Position numbers and translations under genes: made by a program | The notes under the pieces: generated by a model | What the model saw: only the letters and a program-made list of their open reading frames with translations | The model's database searches: none | What the model was told of the DNA's origin: nothing | Assembly (NCBI GenBank): GCA_021824345.1 | Contig: JAKAKW010000011.1 | Span: forward strand, 9,074 to 73,073 | Length of the DNA: 64,000 nt | Reading direction: 5' to 3' | From: a bacterium | GTDB lineage: Bacteria > Patescibacteriota > Minisyncoccia > Phycocordibacterales > UBA9973 | In this document: piece after piece, positions 1 through 9,444 of the stretch | Numbering within the stretch: position 1 is the stretch's first letter | Layout: the number at the start of each line of letters is the position of its first letter

Positions 1-252
1 CTCCCCTTCCTCTTTTTCCGGTTCGTCCATGCGGGCGATCGTTTCGTCCACCACTATTTTCACTTGGAAGAATTGCACTTCGCCCGTATCCGGATCAAAC
101 TTGGCTCGGACGATCTGTCCGCGCTTGCCGTAATCTTTTTTGTAGGCGGCAGCCATAGCCTGCTCGATGGCGTCCAGAATTTTTTCTTTCGGAATTTTTC
201 TTTCCGTCTCCAATTGTTCCAACGCACTCTTGAATGTCTTTATGTCCAACAT
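1..252 (-). CDS. nusA: Transcription termination/antitermination factor NusA, N-terminal part (gene runs off the window edge)
   Basis: Reverse-strand translation from ATG (250-252) gives MLDIKTFKSALEQLETERKIPKEKILDAIEQAMAAAYKKDYGKRGQIVRAKFDPDTGEVQFFQVKIVVDE..., which matches the conserved NusA N-terminal domain (B. subtilis LEKEKGISKEIIIEAIEAALISAYKRNF..VRV..DVVDEV, recalled from memory); absent from the ORF track because no stop lies within the window. The track ORFs 64..429(+) and 95..394(-) are in other frames. Confidence 0.75.
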   Translation of the reverse strand, partial: MLDIKTFKSALEQLETERKIPKEKILDAIEQAMAAAYKKDYGKRGQIVRAKFDPDTGEVQFFQVKIVVDETIARMDEPEKEEGE

Positions 253-292
253 AATATTTTATTGTGCTTACTATTAAATTGTTCAGTCTATC

Positions 293-326
293 GGGCGGCT
301 CCCCGATATGCATCGGGGAGCCGCCC
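293..326. repeat. Perfect GC-rich hairpin (15-bp stem gggcggctccccgat / atcggggagccgccc, 4-nt loop atgc) in the divergent nusA / CTD-gene spacer
   Basis: Read directly from sequence; same style as the palindrome families elsewhere but a different sequence. Confidence 0.6.
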
Positions 327-564
327 TTCCCGCCCCGGCTTTTCACTAAAAAAAGCCCCGGCAGGACAGGACTTTGATGAAAAAAGCATAGCACGGAATG
401 TATTTATTCGCAACAGGCCCATATTTTAAACGAAACGCCATAAATATCGGATATATTAGTTGTATTTCGCGAACCGGCATGTGTGGAAAAACCCTCAATT
501 TTGTATTATATGCTTATTTAGCAATACATTTTTAAAATTCTTTTCCACAGCATATCCATATTCC

Positions 565-594
565 TTGACAAACCGTTTTAAAATGTTGTACAAT
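565..594 (+). promoter_or_regulatory. Sigma70-like promoter candidate (TTGACA 565-570, 18-nt spacer, TACAAT 589-594) upstream of the 713 gene
   Basis: Consensus -35 and near-consensus -10 hexamers at canonical spacing; followed by an AAAGGAG RBS before the ATG at 713. Confidence 0.4.
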
Positions 595-712
595 ACAACA
601 AAATACGCACTTTGTCAAAAATTTATTTTGGTTAGTTAATAAAGGGCATGAGTCGAAGCTCGCGCGCTTTAGTAGCTAACTAAAAATAAATAATAAAAAG
701 AAAGGAGCTAAA

Positions 713-1540
713 ATGAAAGCTCTTATAACTATTACGTTTTTTATTTTCCTGATGGCTGAAGTATCAGCTCAGGAAAAGTGGGAAATAATCAATTATGGAA
801 TTCCCATAATTGATTATCCGAATTGTACGGTATCGTACAATTCTGACGGGTCAGTATCGTTTAAGACATATTTGACCACTCCTGATCCACCACTAGATCC
901 AAAGCTGGTGGTTTACTGGAAGTCCACTCTTACAGTTCCAACAACTGTAAGAAACTTAATCTCTGGCAACTTCTCCTTGTTGGGAGATAGTACATTATTG
1001 GGAGTCCAGATCGGGTTTGGAATATCCCATGACGGAGAAAATTGGGCGTTTGTTTTTGGAACAAGCAAAGGAGATACAATGTTCCCCGGACAAAGCACAT
1101 ACTTGACGTGGGATATGACTAATCTCACTAAATATGGCGTCTCGTTGGATAGTGTGAAGGCGATAACAATCATTATCCAGTTGTTGACATCAAAGCCCGA
1201 ATATACTTGGGCGACAGTCAAGATGTGGAATTTGGGATATTCTAGTGTGACTGGAATAAAAAATCCTCACAAGAGGGAGGATTTTCAACTGAGTCAGAAT
1301 TTTCCTAATCCATTCAATCCGACAACTACGATACAATACCAGTTGCCCAAAGCTGGTAATGTAACTATAAGGGTTTATGATATTTTGGGCAATGAAGTAG
1401 CAACACTTGTTAATGGAGAAAAGCCTGCCGGCGTTTACGAAACGAAATTCAACGCTAGCAATCTTTCTTCCGGTCTGTACATCTACCAGCTCAAGGCTGG
1501 AAATTTTATGCAGACAAAAAAGATGATGCTATTGAAATAA
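713..1540 (+). CDS. Secreted protein with a T9SS-type C-terminal sorting domain (Por_Secre_tail-like)
   Basis: N-terminal signal peptide MKALITITFFIFLMAEVSAQE. The C-terminal ~80 aa FQLSQNFPNPFNPTTTIQYQLPKAGNVTIRVYDILGNEVATLVNGEKPAGVYETKFNASNLSSGLYIYQLKAGNFMQTKKMMLLK is a near-textbook T9SS CTD (NPFNP..T.I.F.LP....V.L.VYD..GR.V..L........G.Y....D.S.L.SGVYFY.L.AG.F..TKKM.LLK). RBS aaaggag precedes the ATG. The gene and its flanks are markedly AT-richer than neighbours. Confidence 0.8.
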   Translation: MKALITITFFIFLMAEVSAQEKWEIINYGIPIIDYPNCTVSYNSDGSVSFKTYLTTPDPPLDPKLVVYWKSTLTVPTTVRNLISGNFSLLGDSTLLGVQIGFGISHDGENWAFVFGTSKGDTMFPGQSTYLTWDMTNLTKYGVSLDSVKAITIIIQLLTSKPEYTWATVKMWNLGYSSVTGIKNPHKREDFQLSQNFPNPFNPTTTIQYQLPKAGNVTIRVYDILGNEVATLVNGEKPAGVYETKFNASNLSSGLYIYQLKAGNFMQTKKMMLLK

Positions 1541-1581
1541 AAAAATAAAGAAAGGAGTTATACATTGGAACAAAATTACCC

Positions 1582-1646
1582 GGCCTTACTTTTCATTTCA
1601 ACAATATATCAATATATATTGGAAAAGTAAGGCCTTTCTCGTTTTT
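1582..1646 (+). terminator. Rho-independent terminator candidate after the CTD gene
   Basis: 13-bp stem ggccttacttttc (1582-1594) / gaaaagtaaggcc (1622-1634) with an AT-rich loop, followed by tttctcgttttt. Confidence 0.55.
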
Positions 1647-1771
1647 AACCGTTTTTTATAAATATGGGGTTTTCCACACGCAAATGGCGTATTTTTAATG
1701 CTTATAAAGGTATAATAAAGACTATTAATGGAAAAGAAAGACAAACAACCTGTCTAAATCAAACTATATTT

Positions 1772-4700
1772 ATGCGTAAAAAAATTTGGATAATTTTACT
1801 GGGAGTGCTTGCTGTGGCTATCGGTTCGTTTCTGCTGTACGGTAAAATCTTCGCGGCCCTGCCTCCCGGACCGTTAATCTCAATTACCACTTCCGTGCCG
1901 GCCAATGTGGACCAAGGTTCTACAGTTTATATAGGATATACCGTGGATCCGAGAGGGTATACCACCACCTGTCAATGGAACAATCTGGGCGGGAGTCAAT
2001 CAATTACAAGTATCGGCCCGTCTCTTGTCTACACGGACAACAAGATGCCACTTTATGGCTTTAGCTCTAGCAATTCAACGGCATCAATCACTTGTCAAAA
2101 TGCGCAGGGAACCAATACGCGCACTATGGCTTTTAGTGTATGGAATAAAGTTTCCTTTAACGTTATAAGTGGCGTGCAACAGTACGTCGTGCCTTCGGGA
2201 GTAAGCACAATTGGAATTGCGGTGAAAGGCGCCGGAGGCGGACAAGGGGGCGGTGAAGGCGGAAGCAATAGTTATCCGGGCGCAAATGGAGGCAAGGGCG
2301 GAGTGACCGTTCAGTTTGTGAATGTTACCGCGGGAAGCGCTATAAATATAGTTGCGGGAGGAAAGGGACATGGCGGAGGATACAACTCGGGTGGCGGGGG
2401 CGGAGGAGCATCTGCGGCTTACTATCCATCTGACGGTTCCAGCTTTAAGATAATAGCTGGCGGAGGCGGAGGGGGAGGGGCTGATGCATGGGACGGCAAC
2501 AAAATTTATGGCGGGGTAGGCGGTATGGGCGGTACTACAACCGGCGGTGGCGGAGGCGGAGGAGCCGGCAACGGAGCCGGAACCACGCTGGTTGACAACA
2601 ATTCTTATGCCCAAGGAGGAATAGCAGGAGGCGGAGGAGGAGGAAGCGGTTATTACCCCGGAGGTACCAGTAGCGCTACTGGCGGTTACGGGGGAGTAGC
2701 TATCGGAATCTTTTCGGCCGGGCAGAACGCAACCAGTTCTTCCGGATGCGGATTATATGGGAAGGGAGGCAATGGCGGAAGTTTGCTTGACGCAGCCGGA
2801 GGAGTTTGTAACAGAGCCTCTCCTACCGCGGGAGGAGACGGGCTTTATTCTGTTACGGGCAGTGCCATAACTACCAATCTCTCCAATGCGTTTTCATATG
2901 GCAGTGCCTCAAGCGGAGGAAGCGGGGGATTGCAGGTGGGAAATGACGGTTCCGACGGGGCAGTCTATATCTTTACACCTTCTCCCACCCCTCCACCGCC
3001 AGCGCCCATAATTGAACTTTCCGCGCAGAATGTGACGATGAATACGAATTCTACCGCTTATTCTAAAATAACTGCGTTGACTACAAATGTTTCTAGGCTT
3101 GATTGTTCAGTTATTGCTCTTCCAAGCTTCTTATCTTCTCCTTCTGCCGATTGTGCTCAAGTAGCCATTAAATCTGGTTCTACTGCTACAAGTCCGAATA
3201 GCCCAGCACAAGTGTCAATTCTCGCAAAAGGATATGATTTAAATGGTAATGCTATTACTAGTTCCTCATCTTGTTTAGGTACTGCTGTATGGAATGGTCA
3301 GCTCGGAGGTTGTCTAGCCACTTTTGACGTTACAGTCGTCTCCACTCCATCTTGCACTACAACATCCCAAGCTTCTAATCTAACTTCCACGTCTGCCACC
3401 GCAGGCGGAAATATTTCTGACACTGGCGGGGTTCCCATAATTAATCATGGGGTGTGTTACTCTACAAGCGTTGGCAGTATCCAGAGCAATTGTCCGTCTG
3501 ACACCTCTTCTGTCTCTACCGGCTCTTTCGCAGAGTCTTTATCTAACCTCTCTCCCGGTACTTCTTATTATTATCAAGCATTCGCCCAAAATTCCGTTGG
3601 TACTACATATTGTACCAATATGGGTTCGTTTACTACGCCACAGTCAACCTCTTATCTCCCAGATCTTACGCCCGACCCTAATTATCCCGGGGTTACGTTT
3701 CCCACTCCCGTAGTTGCCGGGAGTTCTACAACGTTTTCCCAAAGGATAACAAACATAGGCTCGGCGTCTTCCGGCCCGTTTTATACCCTTGTCCGCTTTG
3801 ACAATGACGCCAACCATGCCACATACAATACGTCTCTCTCAAAAGAAATTTTCTATCCAAATAATTTGGTCCCGACAGGCATAGCGACTATCTCCGCTTC
3901 TCAGACACTTCCCTCTGCCGGCACCTGGTATGTTCAAGCGTGCGCTGACATAAGCAACGAATCTACCATGACCGGTACGATTTCCGAATCAAATGAGGGT
4001 AATAATTGCGGGAATTGGACGCAGATCACGGTGACATCAGCTCCGGCCGTTCCCACTTGTACTTCTCCTGTTGTTACTAACATTACTGACACCTCGGCCA
4101 CCGTAGGTGGTACCATTACTTCAGACGGAGGCGCTACGATCACTTCCCGAGGAGTGGCTGTTAAAAGCAGTACCGGTTCTTATATATACACCGATTTGGG
4201 CGGAACAACAGGTCCGGTTACGAGAGATATTATCAATCTTACGCCCGGTGCTACATACTATTTCCAAGCATGGGCGAATAATAGCGTAGGGAGAGGATAT
4301 TGCCCAGAAACTTCTTTTACCGCGTTAAGAAATACCACGATCAACGGTGTTTGTGCCCCTGTCCACTATAACTGCGCCGCGGGAACAAGTAGCAGTAATG
4401 CGCTATCTTTTAGCGGTCTTAACAGTGTTTATTCATGGGGTTGTCTTGGTTCTAACGGAGGAGTTCCCGCATCCCCTTCATGTTCAGAAACATTGTCTAT
4501 GTCCGGCACTCTTACATCCGATGCCCCTTCCTGTGTAATTCAATCCGGCCAGAGCAGTTGTAATGTTACTTTGACATGGGGTACTACAAATCCTCAAGGA
4601 GTTTCCTCTGTTACGAGTCCGACAGACAGCACAGGAGCCTCGGTGTCTACTAGGGTGGGGACGGGGGATTCCGGTAGCCAGTTGGTTTCTATACCCTATC

Positions 4701-7399
4701 CAGGCAGGACTTTCTTCCTTTACAACAATACCAAATCACTTGTTCCGACTTCTGAATCTCCTACCGGCTCTGGATTGCGAATTACTGCGACTAATAGTGC
4801 TCCTTCCGCCCCCGATCTAATCGCTGCAACGGTTTCCCCCACGGCGGCTAATACCGGGGTCTCCACCACCTTCTCCGCCACTATCACCAACCAAGGCACG
4901 GCCGCGACCGGCACCAGCTTCTACAACTTCTTCCAGAAAGCCACCGGTTCCGGAGGAACAGGGACGGTAACTGATCTCACCGCAACCCAAATGTCTGCCC
5001 TGGCGGCGGGAGGGACCGGCACGGCATCCGTCTCCACTTCCTTCCCCCCCGCAGGCACCTACTCCATGCGCGCCTGCGCGGACAAGAGTTCTTCTTCCAA
5101 TACCGGCACCATCACCGAATCAAATGAAAACAACAACTGCGGACCCTGGACGGATATTACGGTGACGACGCCGACAACGGTAGCTCCCGACCTCGTCGCC
5201 GGAGCGGTTGCCCCGACCACAGCCATCGCGGGTGACATCCAGCCTCTTTCTTCCGTGATCTCCAACCAAGGCAGTCTCTCCACTAATTCAAGTTTCTCCG
5301 TCAAGTTCAGCGTCTCCGCTTCTCCCAGCGGTACCGGGGCTTCCACTATCAACACAACCACCATGGCGGCCTTAAACAGCGGAACCAGCGCCACCGCCAC
5401 TGTCTCATATACCTTCCCTTCGGCCGGCACCTACTATGTCCAGGCCTGCGCTGATTCAACTAACGTAATCACCGAATCAAATGAGAACAACAATTGCGGG
5501 CCGTTGACGACTATTGCTGTATCGGTGCCCCTCCCCGTCTGTTCCGCTCCCTCCGTCAGCACCGGTACCTCCGCCTCCAACATTACTTCCAGTTCCGCCA
5601 CCGGTACCGGATATATCACTTCGGACGGCGGGTGCGCGGTAATCGTGAGCGGAGGCGTATGGAGCGTGTCTCATATCCCGACTACGGCGGATCCCGCTAC
5701 TTTAAGTCATACCACCGACGGCTGGGCAAGCGGGGGACCGTACAACATCAATATGACCAGCTTGTCTCCAAGCACTCCGTATTATTATCGCGCCTATGCC
5801 ACCAACTCGGCCGGCAAGACGGGATACGGGTCTGAAACACCCTTCACTACTTTGTCCATAATTCCGCCGACCTGTTCCGCTCCCTCCGTCAGCACCACTT
5901 CTCCGGCCGCGAGTATTACCCAATCATCGGCGGTCGGCGGAGGAACCATCTCTTCGGACGGCGGGTGTGCCGTCTCTGTGAGCGGAGTGGTATGGGGAAC
6001 TTCCAACAATCCGACATTCAACCCGAATTCCGGCCCGCTCACCGGTTCTACGGGCCAGACGACCGACGGCTGGGCCTCGGGCGGACCCTGGACCGACAAT
6101 ATGACCGGTCTTTCTCCGAGCACCCCATACTACTATCGCGCCTACGCGGAGAATAGCGCCGGTATCGCCTATGGCAACAATGTGTCTTTCACTACCTTGT
6201 CCGCCGCTTGTTCCGTTCCTTCCGTTACCACCGGTTATCCTCTGAGCAATATCGGCTACAATTCCGCTACTGGATCCGGAGCCGTAACCTGGTTTGCCGG
6301 CGACTGCCCGGCGACTGTGAGCGGGGTGGTATGGAGTACCGCGAGCGATCCGACATACAATCCCAATGCGGGCGCGTTTTCCGGTTCTTCCGGCCAAACC
6401 ACGGACGGAACGACGGCTCTTGGATCTTCTTGGTATGACACCATGACCGGTTTGTCTCCCGTCGCCAATTACCATTATCGCGCCTACGCGGTGAACAGCG
6501 CCGGAGTCGGATATGGCAACGATGTGGCTTTTTCCACCACCGTGGCGCCGCCGAATGCCATGACCGGGACTCTCTCCCCGAGCGCGAATTCCTGCGTCAT
6601 CAGCCAAAACGGCAACTCTTGTTATATAAACCTTTCCTGGAACACGACCAATCCGGCGGCGACGTCGGCTGTCACCTCATCGTATCCGAGCGCCAACACT
6701 GTTTTATTCAGCGGCAATTCCGGGACGAATGAGCTGGTTTGGATTCCATACAACTCCAGAGACTTGTATCTGTACAATAACGGCACTCTTTTGGACAGCA
6801 AGAACATAACATCTTCTTGCGCTCCCGGCACGACCTGGAACAACAGCGCTTGTATTCCCTCAGGCAGTCCGGTTTCCGTTTCCATTACCGCGGATTCTAC
6901 CCAGATAGCCTTGGGCGGTTCAACCACCTTGCGCTGGACATCCGCGGGCGCTTCTTCCTGTTCCGTCACTTCCACCCCTCCGGGATTTTCTTCCAATCTC
7001 ACCGCCGGAAGCGCCACTATCCAGCCTTCCGCTACTACCACCTATACGGCGCATTGCGGCGATAACCTTGGAAATTCCGCGAGCGATTCGGTCACTGTGC
7101 GGGTTTCTCTCTCCGCTCCATCGGTTACTCTGACCGCGAATCCGGCCGCTGTCGCGCAAGGGAGCCCCTCCACTCTTTCCTGGACTTCCGCCAACGCCAG
7201 TTACTGTTACGGGTCCAACTTCAATGTTCCCGCAAGCGGCCCCAGCACTTCCGGCTCCGTATCGGTGAGCCCGGCCGCCACCACAACCTATACCATCATT
7301 TGCGTGGCGCCGGACGGCACCCAAGTGACCGGTTCGGCTACCGTTACCGTTTTGCCTCCGGGTAATGGAGGAAAAGCGCCTGTATATAAGGAAAAGTAA
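1772..7399 (+). CDS. Giant (about 1875 aa) secreted/cell-surface protein with a glycine-rich region, three CARDB-like domains and several FN3-like tandem domains (putative adhesin)
   Basis: The ORF opens at 1664, but the first plausible start is the ATG at 1772 (MRKKIWIILLGVLAVAIGSFLLYG signal/TM). Residues about 190-360 are Gly-rich (GAGGGQGGGEGG...GGGGGGGAD...GGGGGGSGYYPGG). Three domains end in the CARDB signature ESNE[GN]NNCG[NP]W (about nt 3660-4030, 4800-5160, 5180-5520). Repeated ...LSP.T.YYYRAYA.NS.G..YG FN3-like modules follow. Clean rho-independent terminator downstream. Internal minus-strand track ORFs (2084..2614, 5924..6607, 6920..7414 etc.) are GC-rich frame artefacts. Confidence 0.8.
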   Translation: MRKKIWIILLGVLAVAIGSFLLYGKIFAALPPGPLISITTSVPANVDQGSTVYIGYTVDPRGYTTTCQWNNLGGSQSITSIGPSLVYTDNKMPLYGFSSSNSTASITCQNAQGTNTRTMAFSVWNKVSFNVISGVQQYVVPSGVSTIGIAVKGAGGGQGGGEGGSNSYPGANGGKGGVTVQFVNVTAGSAINIVAGGKGHGGGYNSGGGGGGASAAYYPSDGSSFKIIAGGGGGGGADAWDGNKIYGGVGGMGGTTTGGGGGGGAGNGAGTTLVDNNSYAQGGIAGGGGGGSGYYPGGTSSATGGYGGVAIGIFSAGQNATSSSGCGLYGKGGNGGSLLDAAGGVCNRASPTAGGDGLYSVTGSAITTNLSNAFSYGSASSGGSGGLQVGNDGSDGAVYIFTPSPTPPPPAPIIELSAQNVTMNTNSTAYSKITALTTNVSRLDCSVIALPSFLSSPSADCAQVAIKSGSTATSPNSPAQVSILAKGYDLNGNAITSSSSCLGTAVWNGQLGGCLATFDVTVVSTPSCTTTSQASNLTSTSATAGGNISDTGGVPIINHGVCYSTSVGSIQSNCPSDTSSVSTGSFAESLSNLSPGTSYYYQAFAQNSVGTTYCTNMGSFTTPQSTSYLPDLTPDPNYPGVTFPTPVVAGSSTTFSQRITNIGSASSGPFYTLVRFDNDANHATYNTSLSKEIFYPNNLVPTGIATISASQTLPSAGTWYVQACADISNESTMTGTISESNEGNNCGNWTQITVTSAPAVPTCTSPVVTNITDTSATVGGTITSDGGATITSRGVAVKSSTGSYIYTDLGGTTGPVTRDIINLTPGATYYFQAWANNSVGRGYCPETSFTALRNTTINGVCAPVHYNCAAGTSSSNALSFSGLNSVYSWGCLGSNGGVPASPSCSETLSMSGTLTSDAPSCVIQSGQSSCNVTLTWGTTNPQGVSSVTSPTDSTGASVSTRVGTGDSGSQLVSIPYPGRTFFLYNNTKSLVPTSESPTGSGLRITATNSAPSAPDLIAATVSPTAANTGVSTTFSATITNQGTAATGTSFYNFFQKATGSGGTGTVTDLTATQMSALAAGGTGTASVSTSFPPAGTYSMRACADKSSSSNTGTITESNENNNCGPWTDITVTTPTTVAPDLVAGAVAPTTAIAGDIQPLSSVISNQGSLSTNSSFSVKFSVSASPSGTGASTINTTTMAALNSGTSATATVSYTFPSAGTYYVQACADSTNVITESNENNNCGPLTTIAVSVPLPVCSAPSVSTGTSASNITSSSATGTGYITSDGGCAVIVSGGVWSVSHIPTTADPATLSHTTDGWASGGPYNINMTSLSPSTPYYYRAYATNSAGKTGYGSETPFTTLSIIPPTCSAPSVSTTSPAASITQSSAVGGGTISSDGGCAVSVSGVVWGTSNNPTFNPNSGPLTGSTGQTTDGWASGGPWTDNMTGLSPSTPYYYRAYAENSAGIAYGNNVSFTTLSAACSVPSVTTGYPLSNIGYNSATGSGAVTWFAGDCPATVSGVVWSTASDPTYNPNAGAFSGSSGQTTDGTTALGSSWYDTMTGLSPVANYHYRAYAVNSAGVGYGNDVAFSTTVAPPNAMTGTLSPSANSCVISQNGNSCYINLSWNTTNPAATSAVTSSYPSANTVLFSGNSGTNELVWIPYNSRDLYLYNNGTLLDSKNITSSCAPGTTWNNSACIPSGSPVSVSITADSTQIALGGSTTLRWTSAGASSCSVTSTPPGFSSNLTAGSATIQPSATTTYTAHCGDNLGNSASDSVTVRVSLSAPSVTLTANPAAVAQGSPSTLSWTSANASYCYGSNFNVPASGPSTSGSVSVSPAATTTYTIICVAPDGTQVTGSATVTVLPPGNGGKAPVYKEK
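5527..6545 (+). repeat. Three tandem ~340-bp repeats encoding FN3-like domains inside the giant surface protein
   Basis: Protein-level repeats CSAPSVST..SDGGCAV.VSGVVW......DGWASGGP....MT.LSPSTPYYYRAYA.NSAG..YG appear three times and are visibly similar at DNA level (cctccgtcagcacc...). Confidence 0.6.
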
Positions 7400-7412
7400 T
7401 ACGGCGAAAAAC

Positions 7413-7446
7413 AAAAATCCTCCGGACTTTTCCGGAGGATTTTTGG
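7413..7446 (+). terminator. Rho-independent terminator of the giant surface-protein gene
   Basis: aaaaatcctccgga cttt tccggaggatttttgg: 10-bp GC-rich stem, 4-nt loop, T-run. Confidence 0.75.
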
Positions 7447-7458
7447 TATACTGTATTT

Positions 7459-8259
7459 ATGGCAAAAAGAACATTGATCGCCGGAAACTGGAAGATGAAT
7501 CCTCCATCCGTCCGGGAAGCGGAAAAAATTTTGAAGGGGGTAATGGCGCGAACGGCGGGACTCCGCAAGACAGAGATAGTGATATTTCCGCCCTCCGTTT
7601 TTATCGAAAGGCTGGTGAAAATTGCGGGCCGGAGCAAAATACGGCTGGGAGCGCAGGATGTATCGGTCCAATCAGGCTCGGGAGCCTTCACCGGCGAGGT
7701 TTCCGCGGATATGTTCTATGATTCCCGGGCCAGATATGCGATAGCGGGACACTCGGAACGCAGAAATCCGTCCGCAGGCAGAGGGGAAAGCAATCACGAG
7801 ATCAATTTTAAAATAAAAGCGGCGCTTGCCGCGGGCCTTTCTCCGGTGTTGTGCGTGGGGGAAAGGGAAAGAGACCGCGACCATGCGTACTTGCAGCTCA
7901 TCAAATCGCAGGTGGAGGAATGCTTGAAGGGAATATCCAAAAAATCTATGGAAAAGATGATAATCGCTTACGAGCCCGTCTGGGCCATAGGCAGGAATGC
8001 CGTCCGCGAAGCCGTGCCGGAAGAATTCCAAGAAATGAAAATCTTCATTAAAAAAATACTGGCCGACAAGTTCGGTATAGTTCCGGCGGATACCGTACGC
8101 ATATTGTATGGAGGATCCGTATCGCCGAAAAATGCTGAAGGATTTCTGCGCGAAGGCGAGGCGGACGGTTTTTTGGTCGGAAGAGACAGTCTGTCCCCGG
8201 ACAAATTCGGGCGGATAGCAAAAATCGCGGAAGACGCGGGGCAGTGGCGCCTTTCCTGA
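7459..8259 (+). CDS. tpiA: Triosephosphate isomerase
   Basis: MAKRTLIAGNWKMN...AIAGHSERR...VLCVGE...ILYGGSV: canonical TIM motifs. Confidence 0.9.
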   Translation: MAKRTLIAGNWKMNPPSVREAEKILKGVMARTAGLRKTEIVIFPPSVFIERLVKIAGRSKIRLGAQDVSVQSGSGAFTGEVSADMFYDSRARYAIAGHSERRNPSAGRGESNHEINFKIKAALAAGLSPVLCVGERERDRDHAYLQLIKSQVEECLKGISKKSMEKMIIAYEPVWAIGRNAVREAVPEEFQEMKIFIKKILADKFGIVPADTVRILYGGSVSPKNAEGFLREGEADGFLVGRDSLSPDKFGRIAKIAEDAGQWRLS

Positions 8260-8287
8260 GTAATTCACAAAAATTTTTTGAAGTTTT

Positions 8288-9424
8288 ATGAAATCAATAA
8301 TCAAATTGAAAAATCTGAAAGGAGAAACGGCGCTTTTGCGCGCCGGTTTTGACGTTCCCATCAAGAACGGCCGGGTTGCCGATTTCAGAAGAATCAAAGC
8401 CGTTTTGCCGACAATAGAATTTTTGATGAAAAGGGGATCGGTGGTGATAATGGCGCATCAGGGCCGGCCGGGCGGAAAAACAGACGCGCGCTTTTCCCAG
8501 AAACCGGTGGCGCTCGCTTTGGAAAAACTCTTGAAAAAGAAGGTTAAATTCTCGGATGATTGCGTCGGCCCGTCTGCGGAAAGAGCGGTGAAATCCCTTA
8601 AAAAAGGCGAAGTCCTGCTTTTGGAAAATCTTAGATTCCATCCCGGAGAAGAAAAGAACAGTCCGGCTTTCGCCAGGGCGCTTTCCAGGCTGGGGGATGT
8701 CTATGTGGACGATTCATTCCCGGACGCGCATCGCGAGCATGCTTCCATCGTGGGCGTCCCGAAATATTTGCCGGCTTACGCCGGCTTCCGGCTTCTGGAC
8801 GAAATAAAATATTTGTCGGCCTTGTCCAAAGATACCAAGCATCCTTTCCTGTTCATCTTGGGAGGGGCGAAGTTTGAGACCAAATTGCCGGTATTGAAGA
8901 AGTTTTTGAAAAAGGCGGACAGCGTCGCCATATGCGGAGCCTTGGCCAATCAGGTTTTCAAGGAAGAAGGATATGAGACGGGGCTTTCCCTCGTCGAGGA
9001 CAAGAAATACGGATTGTCATCCCTGGCGCGAAATGGAAGAATAATCCTTCCGGTTGACGTCGTGGCGGAGAGTTCAAAGGGGAAAAAAATTAAATCGCCC
9101 TATGAGATTTCTAAAAATGAAAATATGGTGGACACGGGTCCCCAAACGGCGGATATTTTGGAAAAGGAAATAAAAAAGGCAAAAATGATCCTATGGAACG
9201 GACCGCTCGGAAAATCATCAGCGGGTCATCCCGGAAGCACCAAAGACATAATCAAAGCAATCGCCAAAAGCGGAGCGGTTTCGGTCATCGGCGGAGGAGA
9301 TACCATTGACCTCATCGCGGGAATGAAAATGGAAAAGAAATTCACCTTCATTTCCACCGGCGGAGGAGCCATGCTGGATTTCCTGGCCAAAGGGACTCTT
9401 CCGGGCCTGGAAGCTCTCAAGTAG
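8288..9424 (+). CDS. pgk: Phosphoglycerate kinase
   Basis: 378-aa protein with PGK hallmarks (RAGFDVP N-terminus, NGPLG, GGGD/TGGGA C-terminal motifs); directly downstream of tpiA. Confidence 0.9.
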   Translation: MKSIIKLKNLKGETALLRAGFDVPIKNGRVADFRRIKAVLPTIEFLMKRGSVVIMAHQGRPGGKTDARFSQKPVALALEKLLKKKVKFSDDCVGPSAERAVKSLKKGEVLLLENLRFHPGEEKNSPAFARALSRLGDVYVDDSFPDAHREHASIVGVPKYLPAYAGFRLLDEIKYLSALSKDTKHPFLFILGGAKFETKLPVLKKFLKKADSVAICGALANQVFKEEGYETGLSLVEDKKYGLSSLARNGRIILPVDVVAESSKGKKIKSPYEISKNENMVDTGPQTADILEKEIKKAKMILWNGPLGKSSAGHPGSTKDIIKAIAKSGAVSVIGGGDTIDLIAGMKMEKKFTFISTGGGAMLDFLAKGTLPGLEALK

Positions 9425-9444
9425 CCGCCGATTTCCAGACGGGG

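Noticed and set aside
64-429. Track ORFs 64..429 (+) and 95..394 (-)
   Set aside because: Neither has recognisable features. A different minus-strand frame across 1..252 encodes a clear NusA N-terminus, and 254..429 contains hairpin/intergenic sequence.
2084-7414. Numerous 60-230-aa minus-strand and alternate-frame ORFs inside the giant surface-protein gene (e.g. 2084..2614, 5924..6607, 6920..7414, 6622..7041)
   Set aside because: They are Arg/Gly/Pro-rich translations of the antisense or shifted frame of a GC-rich, repeat-rich gene. The + strand frame encodes coherent CARDB/FN3 domains from signal peptide to terminator.
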